Source: Dehalococcoidia bacterium (GTDB taxonomy: Bacteria; Chloroflexota; Dehalococcoidia; Bin125). From it: a stretch of 64,000 nt of DNA. Below are positions 10,467-21,034 of the stretch, one piece after another (within the stretch, counting starts at the first letter, position 1; the number at the start of each line of letters is the position of its first letter). The translations under genes and the position numbers were made by a program. The stretch spans positions 64,001 through 128,000 of the forward strand of contig CAXXSR010000001.1 in assembly GCA_963662615.2 (NCBI GenBank), given 5' to 3'. Under the pieces are notes generated by a model, which saw nothing but the letters and a program-made list of their open reading frames with translations, ran no database searches and had not been told where the DNA came from.

Positions 10467-10632
10467 ATCTGCTATCCCGGCCATCTGGCCGGGAGTTTCC
10501 CTCAGGCAGGAAGCGTGCTTCGTCCGGGGAAGGGAGGACAGTAGCGAGCGTGCAAGAGCGAGATTGCTCCTCATCGGCTGGGGAGCAGGCACGAACAAGG
10601 CCCAACTGAAGGAAGGTAAGGAAAATAGCGAG

Positions 10633-12177
10633 ATGTTGAAGCTTCGATTTGGAACCTTGAAGGGGCGGTCGGCCGCATTCCTACTCGTGGTCGTTGCCTT
10701 CGCGTTGGCGTTAGGGGCCGCTTGCGGCGATGACGACGACACCGGGGCGAGCGCCTCGGCGGCTGCGGCGGCGCAGGCGGCGGCGCAGGCGGCGGAGGCG
10801 GAGACGGCGGCGGCGGAGACGGCGGCGCAGTCTGCTCAGGCGGAGGCCGCGGCGGCGCGGGCGGAGGCGGAGGTGGCGCAGGCGGCCGTCGCCGGGGCGG
10901 AGACCGAGGCTGAGGCGGCCGCGGCGCGCGCCACGGCTGCAGAGGCGGAGACGCGGGCCGCAGAGGCGGAGGCGCGGGCTGCCGCAGCGGCGCCAGCCGC
11001 CGAAGGCATCGTCCAGATTGGCCTTCCGTTTGAGTTGTCCGGCGTCTGGACGGTGTACGGGATTGCGGAAGCCAACGGCGTCCGTCTCGCCACCAAAGAG
11101 ATGAACTCGGGCCACGAACTGTGTGACTTCTGTGAGCCCGGCGGGGGGATCCGGATTGGCGACACCGTCTACAGGATCGAACTGGTGGAACGGGACATTC
11201 GCTCGGAAACGGCTCCCGCCATTGCCGCAGCGAACGAGCTGATCGACGACATCGGGGTGAACTTCATCATCGGTCCCGCCCTCGATCAATTCGCGATCAA
11301 GATTCAGGAGCTGACGAACCCCCGCAAGGTCATAATGCTGGGCTCGCCCTCAGTCTTCACCGATATTCTCACGCTGGAATCCGTTTCGTTCGACGGTCCG
11401 CTGGAGACGACGAAGCGGTACCTCTTCAAGACGCACTCAGAGAATCCGGTGCGAGAGAAGATTATCGTTGAAGGGGCGATTAACCTGATCAACACGGTGC
11501 TTCCCGGCACCTCGAAGTCGGTGATCCTGATCTCCGATGACGCGGCCGGCAAAAGCATTGGCCCCTCCGCGCAGACTGCGATGGAGAATGCCGGCCATGA
11601 GGTGGAACTGCTCTACTACCCGCCGGGCACGACGGACTTCGGGAGCTTCCTGACGCGGGTCAAGGAGTTGGAGCCGGACATCGTGCAGCTCTGGTACAAC
11701 CCAGATGATGCGATGGTTCAGATCCAACAAGCGCAAGAGTTCGCCGTGGGGCCGGCCTACTTCATGTACGGCGTTGATCCGGGCGCTTTTCGGCAGCTTT
11801 TCCCCGACGGTCTGGACGTCCCGGTGGTCGTGGCCTGCATCCCCAAGTGCTGGGGCGAGGCCTCGAGTCAGAAAGCCACGGACTACTGGGACCGCTGGGT
11901 GAAAGCGGGCTATCCCCTGACCCCGGCGGGCGCGACGAGCCTGCTTTACTACGATTTCACCTACATGCTCGCGAAAGCGTGGAAGGATGCCGGCACGGTG
12001 ACCGACACCGACGCTATCGTCCGAGCGCTTGAGAAGGTTGAGCGGGACGGCGTGATGGGTCAGCTCAAGTTCAATGACCGGCACATCGCCAACCACGGCT
12101 TCGATCTGTGCTTGCAGCTGAACAACGAGTGGGACTGCGAGTTCGTCCTGCCGAGTGACGTCGGGTTCACCGACTAG
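10633..12177 (+). CDS. LivK-like ABC substrate-binding lipoprotein with Ala/Glu-rich coiled linker
   Basis: GAACGDDDD lipobox; IGLPFELSG and YYPPGTTDFGSFLTRVK motifs. Confidence 0.88.
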   Translation: MLKLRFGTLKGRSAAFLLVVVAFALALGAACGDDDDTGASASAAAAAQAAAQAAEAETAAAETAAQSAQAEAAAARAEAEVAQAAVAGAETEAEAAAARATAAEAETRAAEAEARAAAAAPAAEGIVQIGLPFELSGVWTVYGIAEANGVRLATKEMNSGHELCDFCEPGGGIRIGDTVYRIELVERDIRSETAPAIAAANELIDDIGVNFIIGPALDQFAIKIQELTNPRKVIMLGSPSVFTDILTLESVSFDGPLETTKRYLFKTHSENPVREKIIVEGAINLINTVLPGTSKSVILISDDAAGKSIGPSAQTAMENAGHEVELLYYPPGTTDFGSFLTRVKELEPDIVQLWYNPDDAMVQIQQAQEFAVGPAYFMYGVDPGAFRQLFPDGLDVPVVVACIPKCWGEASSQKATDYWDRWVKAGYPLTPAGATSLLYYDFTYMLAKAWKDAGTVTDTDAIVRALEKVERDGVMGQLKFNDRHIANHGFDLCLQLNNEWDCEFVLPSDVGFTD

Positions 12178-12387
12178 GGGGACGGAGCCGCAAGAGAGGA
12201 AGGGGCCGGCTTCCCGGCCTGGCCGTCCAGCGCTCGCGACGAGACGGCGAGCGCTGGGCGGCTCGCACGCTGGCGTGCGCGCCGCACCGTCGTGCGGAAT
12301 CGTGAATGCGACGTCACGGTGCAGAGCTGCTGATCGAGCCCGTCATCGTTCGGTCGCAAGGCGCCTCGCGAGGCGTGGAGACCAAGA

Positions 12388-13527
12388 GTGCCATCCGAGC
12401 AGGGTCTGGACACCGCTGCGGGGCTCGGCCGGAAGACGCGCCTGCGGCTGCGAACGTTCGTCGCCTCGGCTTCACCAGAACAGCTGTTCTTGCTCATAGC
12501 CATCCCCGCACTCCTGATCGCCTTGCCTTGGATCATGCCCTCCTTCCGCCTGATGACCCTGGCCGTCATCACCACGATCACCGCCATTGTGCTGTACGGC
12601 CTCATGCTTCTCTACGGCCAAACGGGCATTCTCTCCATTGGCCATGGCGCTCTCTGGGGGGTGGGAGGCTATCTGGGGGCCGTCCTCCTCCTTGAGGCCA
12701 ACTTGTCGTTCTGGGCTGCCCTCCCGCTGGTTGGGCTGGGGGCCGCGCTCGTCGCAGGCGTGCTGGGGTTTCCCGCCCTCCGGGTCAGTGGGCACCACTT
12801 TGTGATCCTCACGTTCGCCTTCGCGGAAATCTTCGTGATCGCAATGGGGAACGGGGGGTCCCTCACCGGCGACCGGGAGGGGAGGATCCTCGACGACCGT
12901 GTCGCACCGGTCCTTGGTCTCACTTTTGAGTCGCTGGAGTCGTTCTATTTCCTGTCCCTCTTTTTCCTCTTCATCACGCTTGCCGCCGTCTATTTCATCA
13001 TCCGCTCGCCGCTCGGTCGGTCATTGCGGGCGATCCGAGAGAACGAGCCGCTGGCGCAATCGCTGGGCATCAATCCGACTTACTACAAGATCGGTATCTT
13101 CATGCTCGGCGGGGTATTCGCCGGCGTCTCTGGATTGCTCTACGCGTACTTCTTGCGGCACGTCTCGCCGGATCTGTTTGGTGCGTTCCCCGGCATTCAG
13201 CTGGTGTTGATGCTGCTGATCGGCGGAGCGGGGTGGCTGCTTGGTCCCCTTGCTGGAGCCGTCGTGGTCGGGTTCCTCCCGGAAGTCACCGACGCTGTCG
13301 GCTTTGGCATCAATCCGTTGGAAATCCGGATCGTGTATGGCATCGCGCTGCTCTTGGTCATCCTCTTCCTCCCGCAGGGGCTCGTGGCCGGAATCGCGTC
13401 CGCCTATACGTACGGAAAGAGTCAGATCCTGGCGCTCTTGTGGCCGCGGGCCCCGTTGGAACTGGCCGCGGAGTCCGCCGAGGATTCCCAAGGCGAGGGA
13501 GCGAGTCCGTCTGCTCGCGGAAGATGA
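12388..13527 (+). CDS. Branched-chain amino acid ABC permease (LivM-like)
   Basis: GQTGILSIGHGA and SPLGRSLRAIRENE motifs; multiple TM segments. Confidence 0.9.
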   Translation: MPSEQGLDTAAGLGRKTRLRLRTFVASASPEQLFLLIAIPALLIALPWIMPSFRLMTLAVITTITAIVLYGLMLLYGQTGILSIGHGALWGVGGYLGAVLLLEANLSFWAALPLVGLGAALVAGVLGFPALRVSGHHFVILTFAFAEIFVIAMGNGGSLTGDREGRILDDRVAPVLGLTFESLESFYFLSLFFLFITLAAVYFIIRSPLGRSLRAIRENEPLAQSLGINPTYYKIGIFMLGGVFAGVSGLLYAYFLRHVSPDLFGAFPGIQLVLMLLIGGAGWLLGPLAGAVVVGFLPEVTDAVGFGINPLEIRIVYGIALLLVILFLPQGLVAGIASAYTYGKSQILALLWPRAPLELAAESAEDSQGEGASPSARGR

Positions 13528-13666
13528 CCGTTCCGCGGAGCGTCCCCAAGCACGCGAAGGAAACCGCCTCGGCTCGCGACACGATCCACACGGCGGGGAT
13601 GCGCTCGTTGGGCAAAGCGAAGGGCCCGGCGGACGCTGGGCCCTTCGGAGTGAGGCAGCGCTGAAT

Positions 13667-15418
13667 CTACTGTGCTTTACCGTGCCGGAGCAGCCTGCCG
13701 GGCGTGGCGCCGGTGCATTTGCCGTCTTCGAACGTGATCTCACCGTTCACGATGGTCCAGCGGTAGCCCTCTGCCCGCTGCACCCGCCGCCACTCATTCT
13801 CCGGGAAATCCCAGGCGAGTTCGTATTGGTCTCGCTCTGGTACACGCTTCAAATTCTCCAGGTCGTAGACCACGACATCTGCCGCACCGCCCTCCTGCAG
13901 CGTGCCGCGGTCCTTGAACCCCGCCGCGTGCGCCGGCAGAGTGCTGAGCACGTGGTGCGCTTGCTCCAGTGTCAGCCTGCCGGTGTCGCGGACCAGCCAG
14001 GCAATGGTGTCGGTCGTGTAGGAGCCGCCGACGAAGAACTTGGTGTGGGCGCCGCCGTCAGAGATGCCGGGGAGGATGCAGTTGGACCGCATCATCTCGG
14101 CGACCTTGTCCGGGTCGCTGCTCGTGATCTCCGCTGTAACGAACACCGTGTCGAGGTCGCTCGCAACAGCAACGTCAATCAACGCATCGAGCGGATCCTT
14201 GCCCTCGTCCTTGGCGATCTCGCCGACGGTCCGGCCGCGGTACCTCTCCAGTTCCGGGTAATCGGCGGAGGGTTGAACCGTGAATCCCTCCAGCGGACCG
14301 CCGATCGCATGTTTCACCAGGTGGTCCTCCTCGGCCTTCATCTGCGCGCGCACCTGCGGGTCCCGGAGCTTCTGCATCCTCTCCGCCACGGTCCCGAGGA
14401 GGGCGTTCTTCCAGGCCGGACTGCTGTCGTAAAAGGCCCAGTGCTTGAGCGTGAACATGAACCTCGTGCGATCGCTCAGGGCTTGACCGAAGATGCGGAG
14501 GCCGCGCGCTTGGCAGTCCTTCAACCACTCGATCCGCCCGCGGTGGAACTCCGGGACATCCTCGAAGGCAGCGACCACGTTCATCATGATCGGCCGCCCG
14601 GAGGTTTTCGCGATCAGCTCAATCCAAGCATCGCCGGGGTTGTGGCGGCCGTCGCCTGAAAAGATGTCGCTCCTGCTTTTGGACGAGTCAGTGATCTGCA
14701 TAAACCCCTCGTTGCGCTCGCCCAGCACCTCCGCCAGCGCCAGCATGTCCTCGTCCGTCATGAGATCGGATGGCATGGGCGTGCCGTCGTAGTCGCCCTG
14801 GACGGAGTGCTCGCCCAATCGCTGTGTCGCCCATCCGCAGGCGCCAGCGTCCATACCCTCCGCCAGCAGGCGCTGCATCTCGCGGCGCTCCTCATTGGTC
14901 GCGGGCCGGCTCTTGGACGCCTCCAAGCCCATAACCCAGACCATGAGAGGCGTGACCGGGAAGTATTGCACGCAGTTCACGCCCTTGGGCAGGCGATCCA
15001 GCGAATCCATCCACTCCGGGAAGGTGACCCAGTCCCAGAGCATCCCCGCTCTCATCGTCTTGGCCGGAATGGCCTCGTTGCGCTCCATCATCAGCATGGC
15101 GCGCTCGCGCAGCTCCGGCCGCATCGGGGCGAAGCCGAACCCGCAGTTGCCCAGGGCCACCGAGGTCACGCCATGCCAGCCGGAGATCGTGCAGTACGGG
15201 TCCCACTGGATTTGCGCGTCGTAGTGCGTGTGGAGGTCCACGAAGCCCGGCGCGACGATCAGCCCGCTGGCGTCCAGGACCTTGTCGGCGTCCCTGCCGC
15301 GGATGGCCCCGACCTGGGCGACGCGTCCATCCTTGATCCCGACGTCGCCGAGGTAGCTCGGCACACCGGTCCCCTCCACCACCCTGCCGCCCTTGATCAG
15401 AATGTCGTACTCAGCCAC
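13667..15418 (-). CDS. N-acyl-D-amino-acid deacylase family amidohydrolase (paralogue of 4795-6537)
   Basis: Same motifs as 4795-6537; near-identical N-terminal region. Confidence 0.92.
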   Translation of the reverse strand: MAEYDILIKGGRVVEGTGVPSYLGDVGIKDGRVAQVGAIRGRDADKVLDASGLIVAPGFVDLHTHYDAQIQWDPYCTISGWHGVTSVALGNCGFGFAPMRPELRERAMLMMERNEAIPAKTMRAGMLWDWVTFPEWMDSLDRLPKGVNCVQYFPVTPLMVWVMGLEASKSRPATNEERREMQRLLAEGMDAGACGWATQRLGEHSVQGDYDGTPMPSDLMTDEDMLALAEVLGERNEGFMQITDSSKSRSDIFSGDGRHNPGDAWIELIAKTSGRPIMMNVVAAFEDVPEFHRGRIEWLKDCQARGLRIFGQALSDRTRFMFTLKHWAFYDSSPAWKNALLGTVAERMQKLRDPQVRAQMKAEEDHLVKHAIGGPLEGFTVQPSADYPELERYRGRTVGEIAKDEGKDPLDALIDVAVASDLDTVFVTAEITSSDPDKVAEMMRSNCILPGISDGGAHTKFFVGGSYTTDTIAWLVRDTGRLTLEQAHHVLSTLPAHAAGFKDRGTLQEGGAADVVVYDLENLKRVPERDQYELAWDFPENEWRRVQRAEGYRWTIVNGEITFEDGKCTGATPGRLLRHGKAQ

Positions 15419-15801
15419 CGCATCCCCCTTCCGTGCATCGCGCTATCATCCCGGGAGCTGGAATCGTGGATCGTCATCCTGGTGATCGAATCGGGACAGG
15501 CTAGCGCCGTCGTCCCCAGCCGTTCCTCGAATCCGCTGTTCGTCCGTTCAGACATGGTGGACGAATGCTGACGATTCCCCCAATCATTGTCAACCGCAGT
15601 GCTAACGCCCTTGGGTGACTCGCGGTTCGGAGGCGTTGACGGATCGCTCTCGGTCGGATGCGCGGAAATCTAAGGACTCTTGTACGCCCGATAGTACGGT
15701 TCTGCAGCGGCGTGCATCGGTCCAGAAAGAGCGGCCGCTTGCGCCTATCGTTGCCTTGCCAAGCAGCCCGTAAGGATTCAGGAAACCGGCTATTCCAAGG
15801 C

Positions 15802-16334
15802 GAACTCTATCCCGGACAGAACTGCTCGACATTGAGTTCGATATCGCTTTCAACGGCGGAAACGCGCGGGGTGCGCCGCTACTCGGCGACCGATGACGCG
15901 GCCAAGGCGGCAGACAGCAACGGACACTCCGGCCATGGCTCGCCCGCATTTATGACGCTCGTCTTGTGCGAGAGGTAGACCTGCCCGAGACAAAAGTAGG
16001 CGAAGTATATCTCGGACAGATCTGTCCGCCATAGAGTTCACGAGTGGGTACGAGGCGCCGGCCAGGCGATTCTAGTGCACGTCGAGATCCGCCAGGTTGT
16101 GCAGGGTGGTGGCCTCCCCCAGCCGGTCCTCGATGGCCCCGTGTAGACTGCCAGATCACATCAGATAGAGTTCGCGTTCTTGAATCGCTGAAGCAGCCGG
16201 CCGGCGCTCGCCAGAGGAAGCTCGACTTCTATCTCGGACAGGTCTGTCCGACATAGAGTTGGATTTACGGGAGTGCAATTCGACGCCGGCGAGTCGGAGT
16301 CAATGGCGAACAGTCCTGTCCCAGATAGAGTTCG
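15802..16334. repeat. Palindromic repeat cluster (4-5 copies)
   Basis: Copies at 15802-15839, 16004-16039, 16225-16260 and 16298-16333. Confidence 0.88.
15870..15912 (+). pseudogene. Very short tyrosine recombinase C-terminal remnant
   Basis: GGTGCGCCGCTACTCGGCGACCGATGACGCGGCCAAGGCGGC matches 33651-33692 (VRRYSAT.DAAKA). Confidence 0.7.
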
Positions 16335-16650
16335 CCTTTGGAAAGCGCGCCCGCTGGGCAGTCATGGAGCGGCGGAGCGTCGGCTCGACGAGGAGGAGAA
16401 GGCGAGCTGCGTCTGCGTCGAGCGGCCCTGGCCACGAGAGCAGCTCAGGCCGATCTTGACGCCGAGGTCGGGGTTGGCGAGGTCGGCGACGGCCTGTTGG
16501 ATGGCCTGCGTGAGGGCGGCGTCGATCTCAGGTCGCAGGCCTAATCGTCCGGCCCCGCTGTGATCCTGGATGAATGGCTCGGAGACTACGCCTCGATCGA
16601 TTCATGTGGAGCCGATTTAGCTCGACACCGATCTGGGAGGTCCGCCCGTG

Positions 16651-17478
16651 CTAGAACGTCACCCCAGTCAAGTTCCGTTCCTCCAGCGCCGCGACCAACT
16701 CCACCCACCCCGAGTCGTCTGCGGGCAGCCAGCGCCGAAAATGCTCCAGCTCCATCATCTCCGCGATTTCGGGTTCGGCAGGCTCCATCGCCGTGAGGAG
16801 CTCCACGAAGCGGTTGGCCGTCCCTTGGGGCAGTCCCGGCCGGGCCGTGAACGCACAGTGGCAGAACGGTTTGCTCCGCCAGACGATTTTGAAGTCCACC
16901 GCAGCGCGGGTCGCCGTCTTCGCCAGATGGTTAAGGAACGGCTCGAAGATCGCTCCCGCGTCGACCCGCTCGCGGGTGATCGCCTCGAAGATTATCCCGC
17001 TGTCTACCCAGCGCTCGCCGTCGGGGTACTCGCGCGGCCCAAGGTTCACGATCTCGCATTCCCTCTCCAGATCCAGCCCAGCCTGCGCGAGCTGGCGGAC
17101 GGGAATGATGCGAAGCTCGGTCGAGAGTGGATTCCCTAGGGCGAGCCGCTTCCCCCGTAGGTCCTGCAGCGCGGCGATTCCGGAATCCGTGCGAGCGACG
17201 ATGACCGTCGCGACGTTCTGATCGGTGTCGCGCATGGCCAGCGTCCGGCAGGCCCCGCCGCTTTGCATCAGGCTCTGGGCGTGCGCCATGGGCGCGTTCC
17301 ACGCAATGTCGACCTCGCCCGCGAGCAGCGCCCGGCACATGGCGTCGTACGTCGAGTAGAGCGCGTAGTCCATCGCCAGCCCGTGATCATTGAAGTAGCG
17401 GCGCATCGCCGTCCAGATCGTCACGGTTTGCGGGCCGTGGGCTTGCGCGGCCACCCGGAGGGGACGATCATCTGACAT
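16651..17478 (-). CDS. Phosphate/phosphite/phosphonate ABC substrate-binding protein (PhnD-like)
   Basis: LLAGEVDIAWNAP, SGIAALQDLRGKRLALG and FCHCAFTA motifs. Confidence 0.8.
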   Translation of the reverse strand: MSDDRPLRVAAQAHGPQTVTIWTAMRRYFNDHGLAMDYALYSTYDAMCRALLAGEVDIAWNAPMAHAQSLMQSGGACRTLAMRDTDQNVATVIVARTDSGIAALQDLRGKRLALGNPLSTELRIIPVRQLAQAGLDLERECEIVNLGPREYPDGERWVDSGIIFEAITRERVDAGAIFEPFLNHLAKTATRAAVDFKIVWRSKPFCHCAFTARPGLPQGTANRFVELLTAMEPAEPEIAEMMELEHFRRWLPADDSGWVELVAALEERNLTGVTF

Positions 17479-17770
17479 CGCTCTCTCCTTCTGCCAGGAA
17501 GCTGGTCAGCGCAGTATAGGCGCCGGCTTGTTCTCCCGCCGCGGCGAGACAGGCGCGCTCGGCGTTACCGAGTACCTGACCCAGCAGGACGGGCAGCGGG
17601 GCGTACCTGCGAGTGCGGTCAACCCACTCCCTCCCTCTGCCTATGCCCAAGCTCGAGCTGGCGACCGAGTGCGAAATCGTGTCCCGCGGCTTGCACGTGG
17701 GCAGGATCAAGCGGATGCTCGTTCGCGCTGTAGGGTGATCGCCAACGAGGGATGAGAAGGGGTCGACCAT

Positions 17771-18892
17771 TGTGCCGGCCCAAAACTCCGTCCGTGTTGC
17801 GCGACAGCCCTGTGACGTTGATCCTGCCGACCGAGGAGATCGGCAATGTGGCTCTACTTCCGGCTGTTCCTCCTGGCGCTGCGACTCCTCGGCCGCGATC
17901 GCCGGGATCTGGTCTTGGAGAACCTCGCCCTGCGGCAGCAACTCGCGGTCTTCGAGCGCCGCGGCCACCGGCCAGCGCTGGCCCCAGCGGACCGGCGCTT
18001 CTGGTCCCACCTCGCCCGGGGATGGCAGCCGTGGCGACGGCATCTCGTGCTGGTCCAGCCGGACACGGTCGTGCGCTGGCATCGGACCGCGTGGCGGATC
18101 CGCTGGCGTCGCAAGAGTCGGGCGCGCCGGGCTGGCCGCCCGCGCTTCGATCCCGCGGTGATCGCCTTGATCCAGCGGCTCCGACGCGAGAACCCGACCT
18201 GGGGGACGCGACGGTTCCAGGGCGAACTCCATCAGCTGGGGCTCCGTATCAGCCGCACCACGGTCCAGCGCTACGGCAGCCCACCAACGCCCTCGCCGAG
18301 CTGGCGGACCTTTCTCTGCCTCCACGCGCCGGAGATCTGGGCTTGCGATTTCTTCACGGTGCAGACCCTGACGTTCCGCACCCTCTACGTCTTCTTCGTG
18401 ATCACGCATGAGCGCCGCGCCCTCGTCCATTGGAACGTCACGCGGCACCCCACAGCGGCCTGGGTCTGGCAGCAGATCCGAGAGGCCACGCCGTGGGGCC
18501 AGCACCCGCGTTATCTGATCCGGGATCGCGATGCCAAGTTCGGTGGGGACTTCGTCCCGCGCGCTCGGGGGATTGGGATCGAGACGATCCTCACCCCGTT
18601 CCGAGCGCCCCAAGCGAATGCCATCGCGGAGCGGTTGGTCGGCACGTTGCGCCGCGAGTGTCTCGACCACGTCCTCGTCTGGAACGAGCGCCATCTCCGT
18701 CGTCTCTTGCGCGAGTACGTGGCCTTCTACAACGCCGCCCGTCCGCACCAGGCCTTAAGACAAGTGCCTCCCGCAGGAGACAGGAGACATGGCGGACCAG
18801 GTACACGAGTCGTCGGCGAACCCGTCCTCGGCGGGTTGCATCACGTCTACCGATGGGCGGCCTAGCCCCGGATGGGGTTTTGGGCCGGCACA
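17771..18892 (+). mobile_element. Insertion sequence (rve/DDE, IS481-like TGT...ACA ends)
   Basis: 22-bp TIRs TGTGCCGGCCCAAAACTCCGTC / GATGGGGTTTTGGGCCGGCACA; no perfect target duplication. Confidence 0.88.
17846..18865 (+). CDS. DDE transposase with integrase core domain
   Basis: WACDFF, LIRDRD, ANAIAERLVGTLRRECLD and YNAARPHQAL motifs. Confidence 0.93.
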   Translation: MWLYFRLFLLALRLLGRDRRDLVLENLALRQQLAVFERRGHRPALAPADRRFWSHLARGWQPWRRHLVLVQPDTVVRWHRTAWRIRWRRKSRARRAGRPRFDPAVIALIQRLRRENPTWGTRRFQGELHQLGLRISRTTVQRYGSPPTPSPSWRTFLCLHAPEIWACDFFTVQTLTFRTLYVFFVITHERRALVHWNVTRHPTAAWVWQQIREATPWGQHPRYLIRDRDAKFGGDFVPRARGIGIETILTPFRAPQANAIAERLVGTLRRECLDHVLVWNERHLRRLLREYVAFYNAARPHQALRQVPPAGDRRHGGPGTRVVGEPVLGGLHHVYRWAA

Positions 18893-18912
18893 GCCCAAAC
18901 CCTCCTTAAGTC

Positions 18913-18949
18913 GAACTCCATGTCGGACAGGTCTGTCCGACGTAGAATC
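18913..18949. repeat. Palindromic repeat copy next to the IS right end
   Basis: GAACTCCATGTCGGACAG-GT-CTGTCCGACGTAGAATC. Confidence 0.85.
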
Positions 18950-19304
18950 CTAGATGCCGCACTCCCGGCGACGGCGGCGTATTAACCGACGCGGCCATGG
19001 GCCGGCAGATGGACGCGACCCTGACGCAGTTCAGTAAGATCACTAAGCCCATCATCCTGGCGGGACGTCGATGAGGTCCTGGAGGAGGCCGAGCACATCG
19101 TGGCGCTGTTTAAGGCCGCCCCACGCGATGCCGATGGCGAGCCAGACCTCACCTGGTTCGCGGCTCAGGTTGGCGTAGACGAGGCCGAATTGCGGGACCT
19201 GGCCGTTGCGCTCCCGGGGGAGTGCGAGCGAGGGCCGCGTTCGCCGCGACCCTCCGGGGGAAACCGACTCACCTAGCCCATCGGCCGGGCTCCACCGATC
19301 GGCA

Positions 19305-20102
19305 TCACCTGCCCGCCCTGGAGCGGAAGGCAAGCGCCGCGAGACCCACAGTCAGCAGAACCACTCCCGGACCTCCCGATACCGCCAGCAGTACTGGGAG
19401 AGAGTCGCTATCAACACCCGCCGCAAACGGCATCGCAACGAACCAGCAACCGACCGCGACCAAGTATCCCGCCGCCGTTCGACCCGCAGCGGTGCGATGC
19501 GCCGCCGCCCCCACCGGACCCCGTAGAACCACCATCCCCACCACCGCCACCACCGCGGGCAGCACCCAAACCAACAGAATGATGCCGAGCGTCAAATCGG
19601 CGTAGTCGTCCTCTTGCCTGGTCGCCTGCACCGCCGCGGCCAGTGCCGCCACCGTCGTGATCAACACTGCGACCAGGCCGGCGCTCAACAGCGGCGACGG
19701 GTAGCGCACACGCCTCAGCGTCCACACACCTAACGGCAAACTCCATGCGCCCAAAACGATCGCGATCGTGACGGGAACCGCGACCCTCGCGCAATCGTCG
19801 TCATTGCACGCGCTGGCATCCGCCACAACCTCTTGGGCTCCAAAGATCAGTGCCGCGCCAACGGCCACGCCAATCGTGATCCACACTCGACGGTCCTCAA
19901 CCCGCCTGAAAGACCACAATCCCTTCAACTGCCACGCGCCGAACATCGCCTTCGGCGCCAGCACGATAGCCGCGCCAACGACCCAGGGTGTTGGGTCCGC
20001 GCTGTTGTCCTTGTAATCGGCCGCCCACACAATCGCCACCATGCCCGCAATCGCAGCCAACAGATATACCGTCCCGAGCGTCCAAACGGCGAGTACCCTC
20101 AC
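19305..20102 (-). CDS. Hypothetical multi-pass membrane protein
   Basis: About 8 hydrophobic segments. Confidence 0.65.
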   Translation of the reverse strand: MRVLAVWTLGTVYLLAAIAGMVAIVWAADYKDNSADPTPWVVGAAIVLAPKAMFGAWQLKGLWSFRRVEDRRVWITIGVAVGAALIFGAQEVVADASACNDDDCARVAVPVTIAIVLGAWSLPLGVWTLRRVRYPSPLLSAGLVAVLITTVAALAAAVQATRQEDDYADLTLGIILLVWVLPAVVAVVGMVVLRGPVGAAAHRTAAGRTAAGYLVAVGCWFVAMPFAAGVDSDSLPVLLAVSGGPGVVLLTVGLAALAFRSRAGR

Positions 20103-20262
20103 ACGATCCTCCGCAAAATCATAAGGCGTAGACCGGCCAACATGCTCCCAACCACCCCAACGCCCGTCACTCGATCGCGCTAATCGCCCAGATGGGGCAG
20201 CTGCAGCCCAATTCCCTGGACCTGCGCGAGCATCGGTCAGTTCGTGTCCGGTCGGGGTTTGC

Positions 20263-20426
20263 GAACTCCAATTCGGACAGGTCTGTTCGACATAGAGTTG
20301 GATTTACGGGAGTGCAATTCGACGCGCGCTGGAGAACGCTTGCAGGCTGCTCAGCTCCGGCAAGCGTCTACCCGCGCGGATTGAAACCGGATTCGATGTC
20401 GAACAGGACTGTCCAAGATAGAGTTC
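20263..20426. repeat. Paired-palindrome unit (~160 bp), repeated at 23185-23347
   Basis: Two palindromes around a shared ~90-bp spacer GGATTTACGGGAGTGCAATTCGACG... Confidence 0.9.
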
Positions 20427-20469
20427 TGCGGAAGCCTTCCATTTGCGTTGACCACTGCTGCTGCCCCCG

Positions 20470-20845
20470 GGCATGCGCGAAGGCATCGTGTTGTAGTAAG
20501 CCACGTATTCGCGAAGCACGCGGCGCAAGTGTCGCTCGTTCCAGACGATGACGTGGTCCAGGCACTTGCGCCGCACGGTCCGGACGAACCGTTGGGCAAT
20601 CGCATTGGCTCTCGGGGTACGGAACGGCGTCAGGAGGGTCTCAATGCCGATACGCCGTGCCCGCGCTGCGAAGTCGCGCCGTAGCGCGCATCTCGGTCCC
20701 GGAGGAGGTAGCGCGGCTGCTGCCCCCCGGGGGTGGCTGCGATGATTTGCCGCCGCACCCAGGGGGGCGTGGGGTGGGCGGTCGCGTTCCAATGAACGAT
20801 GCGACGCCGGTCGTGAAAAGAAGACGTAGAGGGTCCGGACGGGCA
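20470..20845 (-). pseudogene. Frameshifted remnant of the same rve transposase family
   Basis: RTLYVFF / IVHWNATAHPT..YLLRDRDARYG / TPFRTPRANAIAQRF..CLDHVIVWNERHL spread across frames. Confidence 0.88.
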
Positions 20846-21034
20846 GGGACTGGACGGCATTTGCTCGTTCGATGGCCGTGGGCGTTTGGACCATAGGTCG
20901 TCAGTGAGTGGCCAAGTGCCGACTGCCTTCGCGATTGGACCGCCTACACGATAGCGGGCATAGAATGTTTTCCGGGTAAACCCGATAGTCACCAAGGGCC
21001 GGTTCAAGGTCGACGACAGCGAGGGAGCCATGTC

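Noticed and set aside
10750-11000. Low-complexity GCG/GAG tract as a repeat element
   Set aside because: It encodes the Ala/Glu-rich linker of the LivK-like lipoprotein
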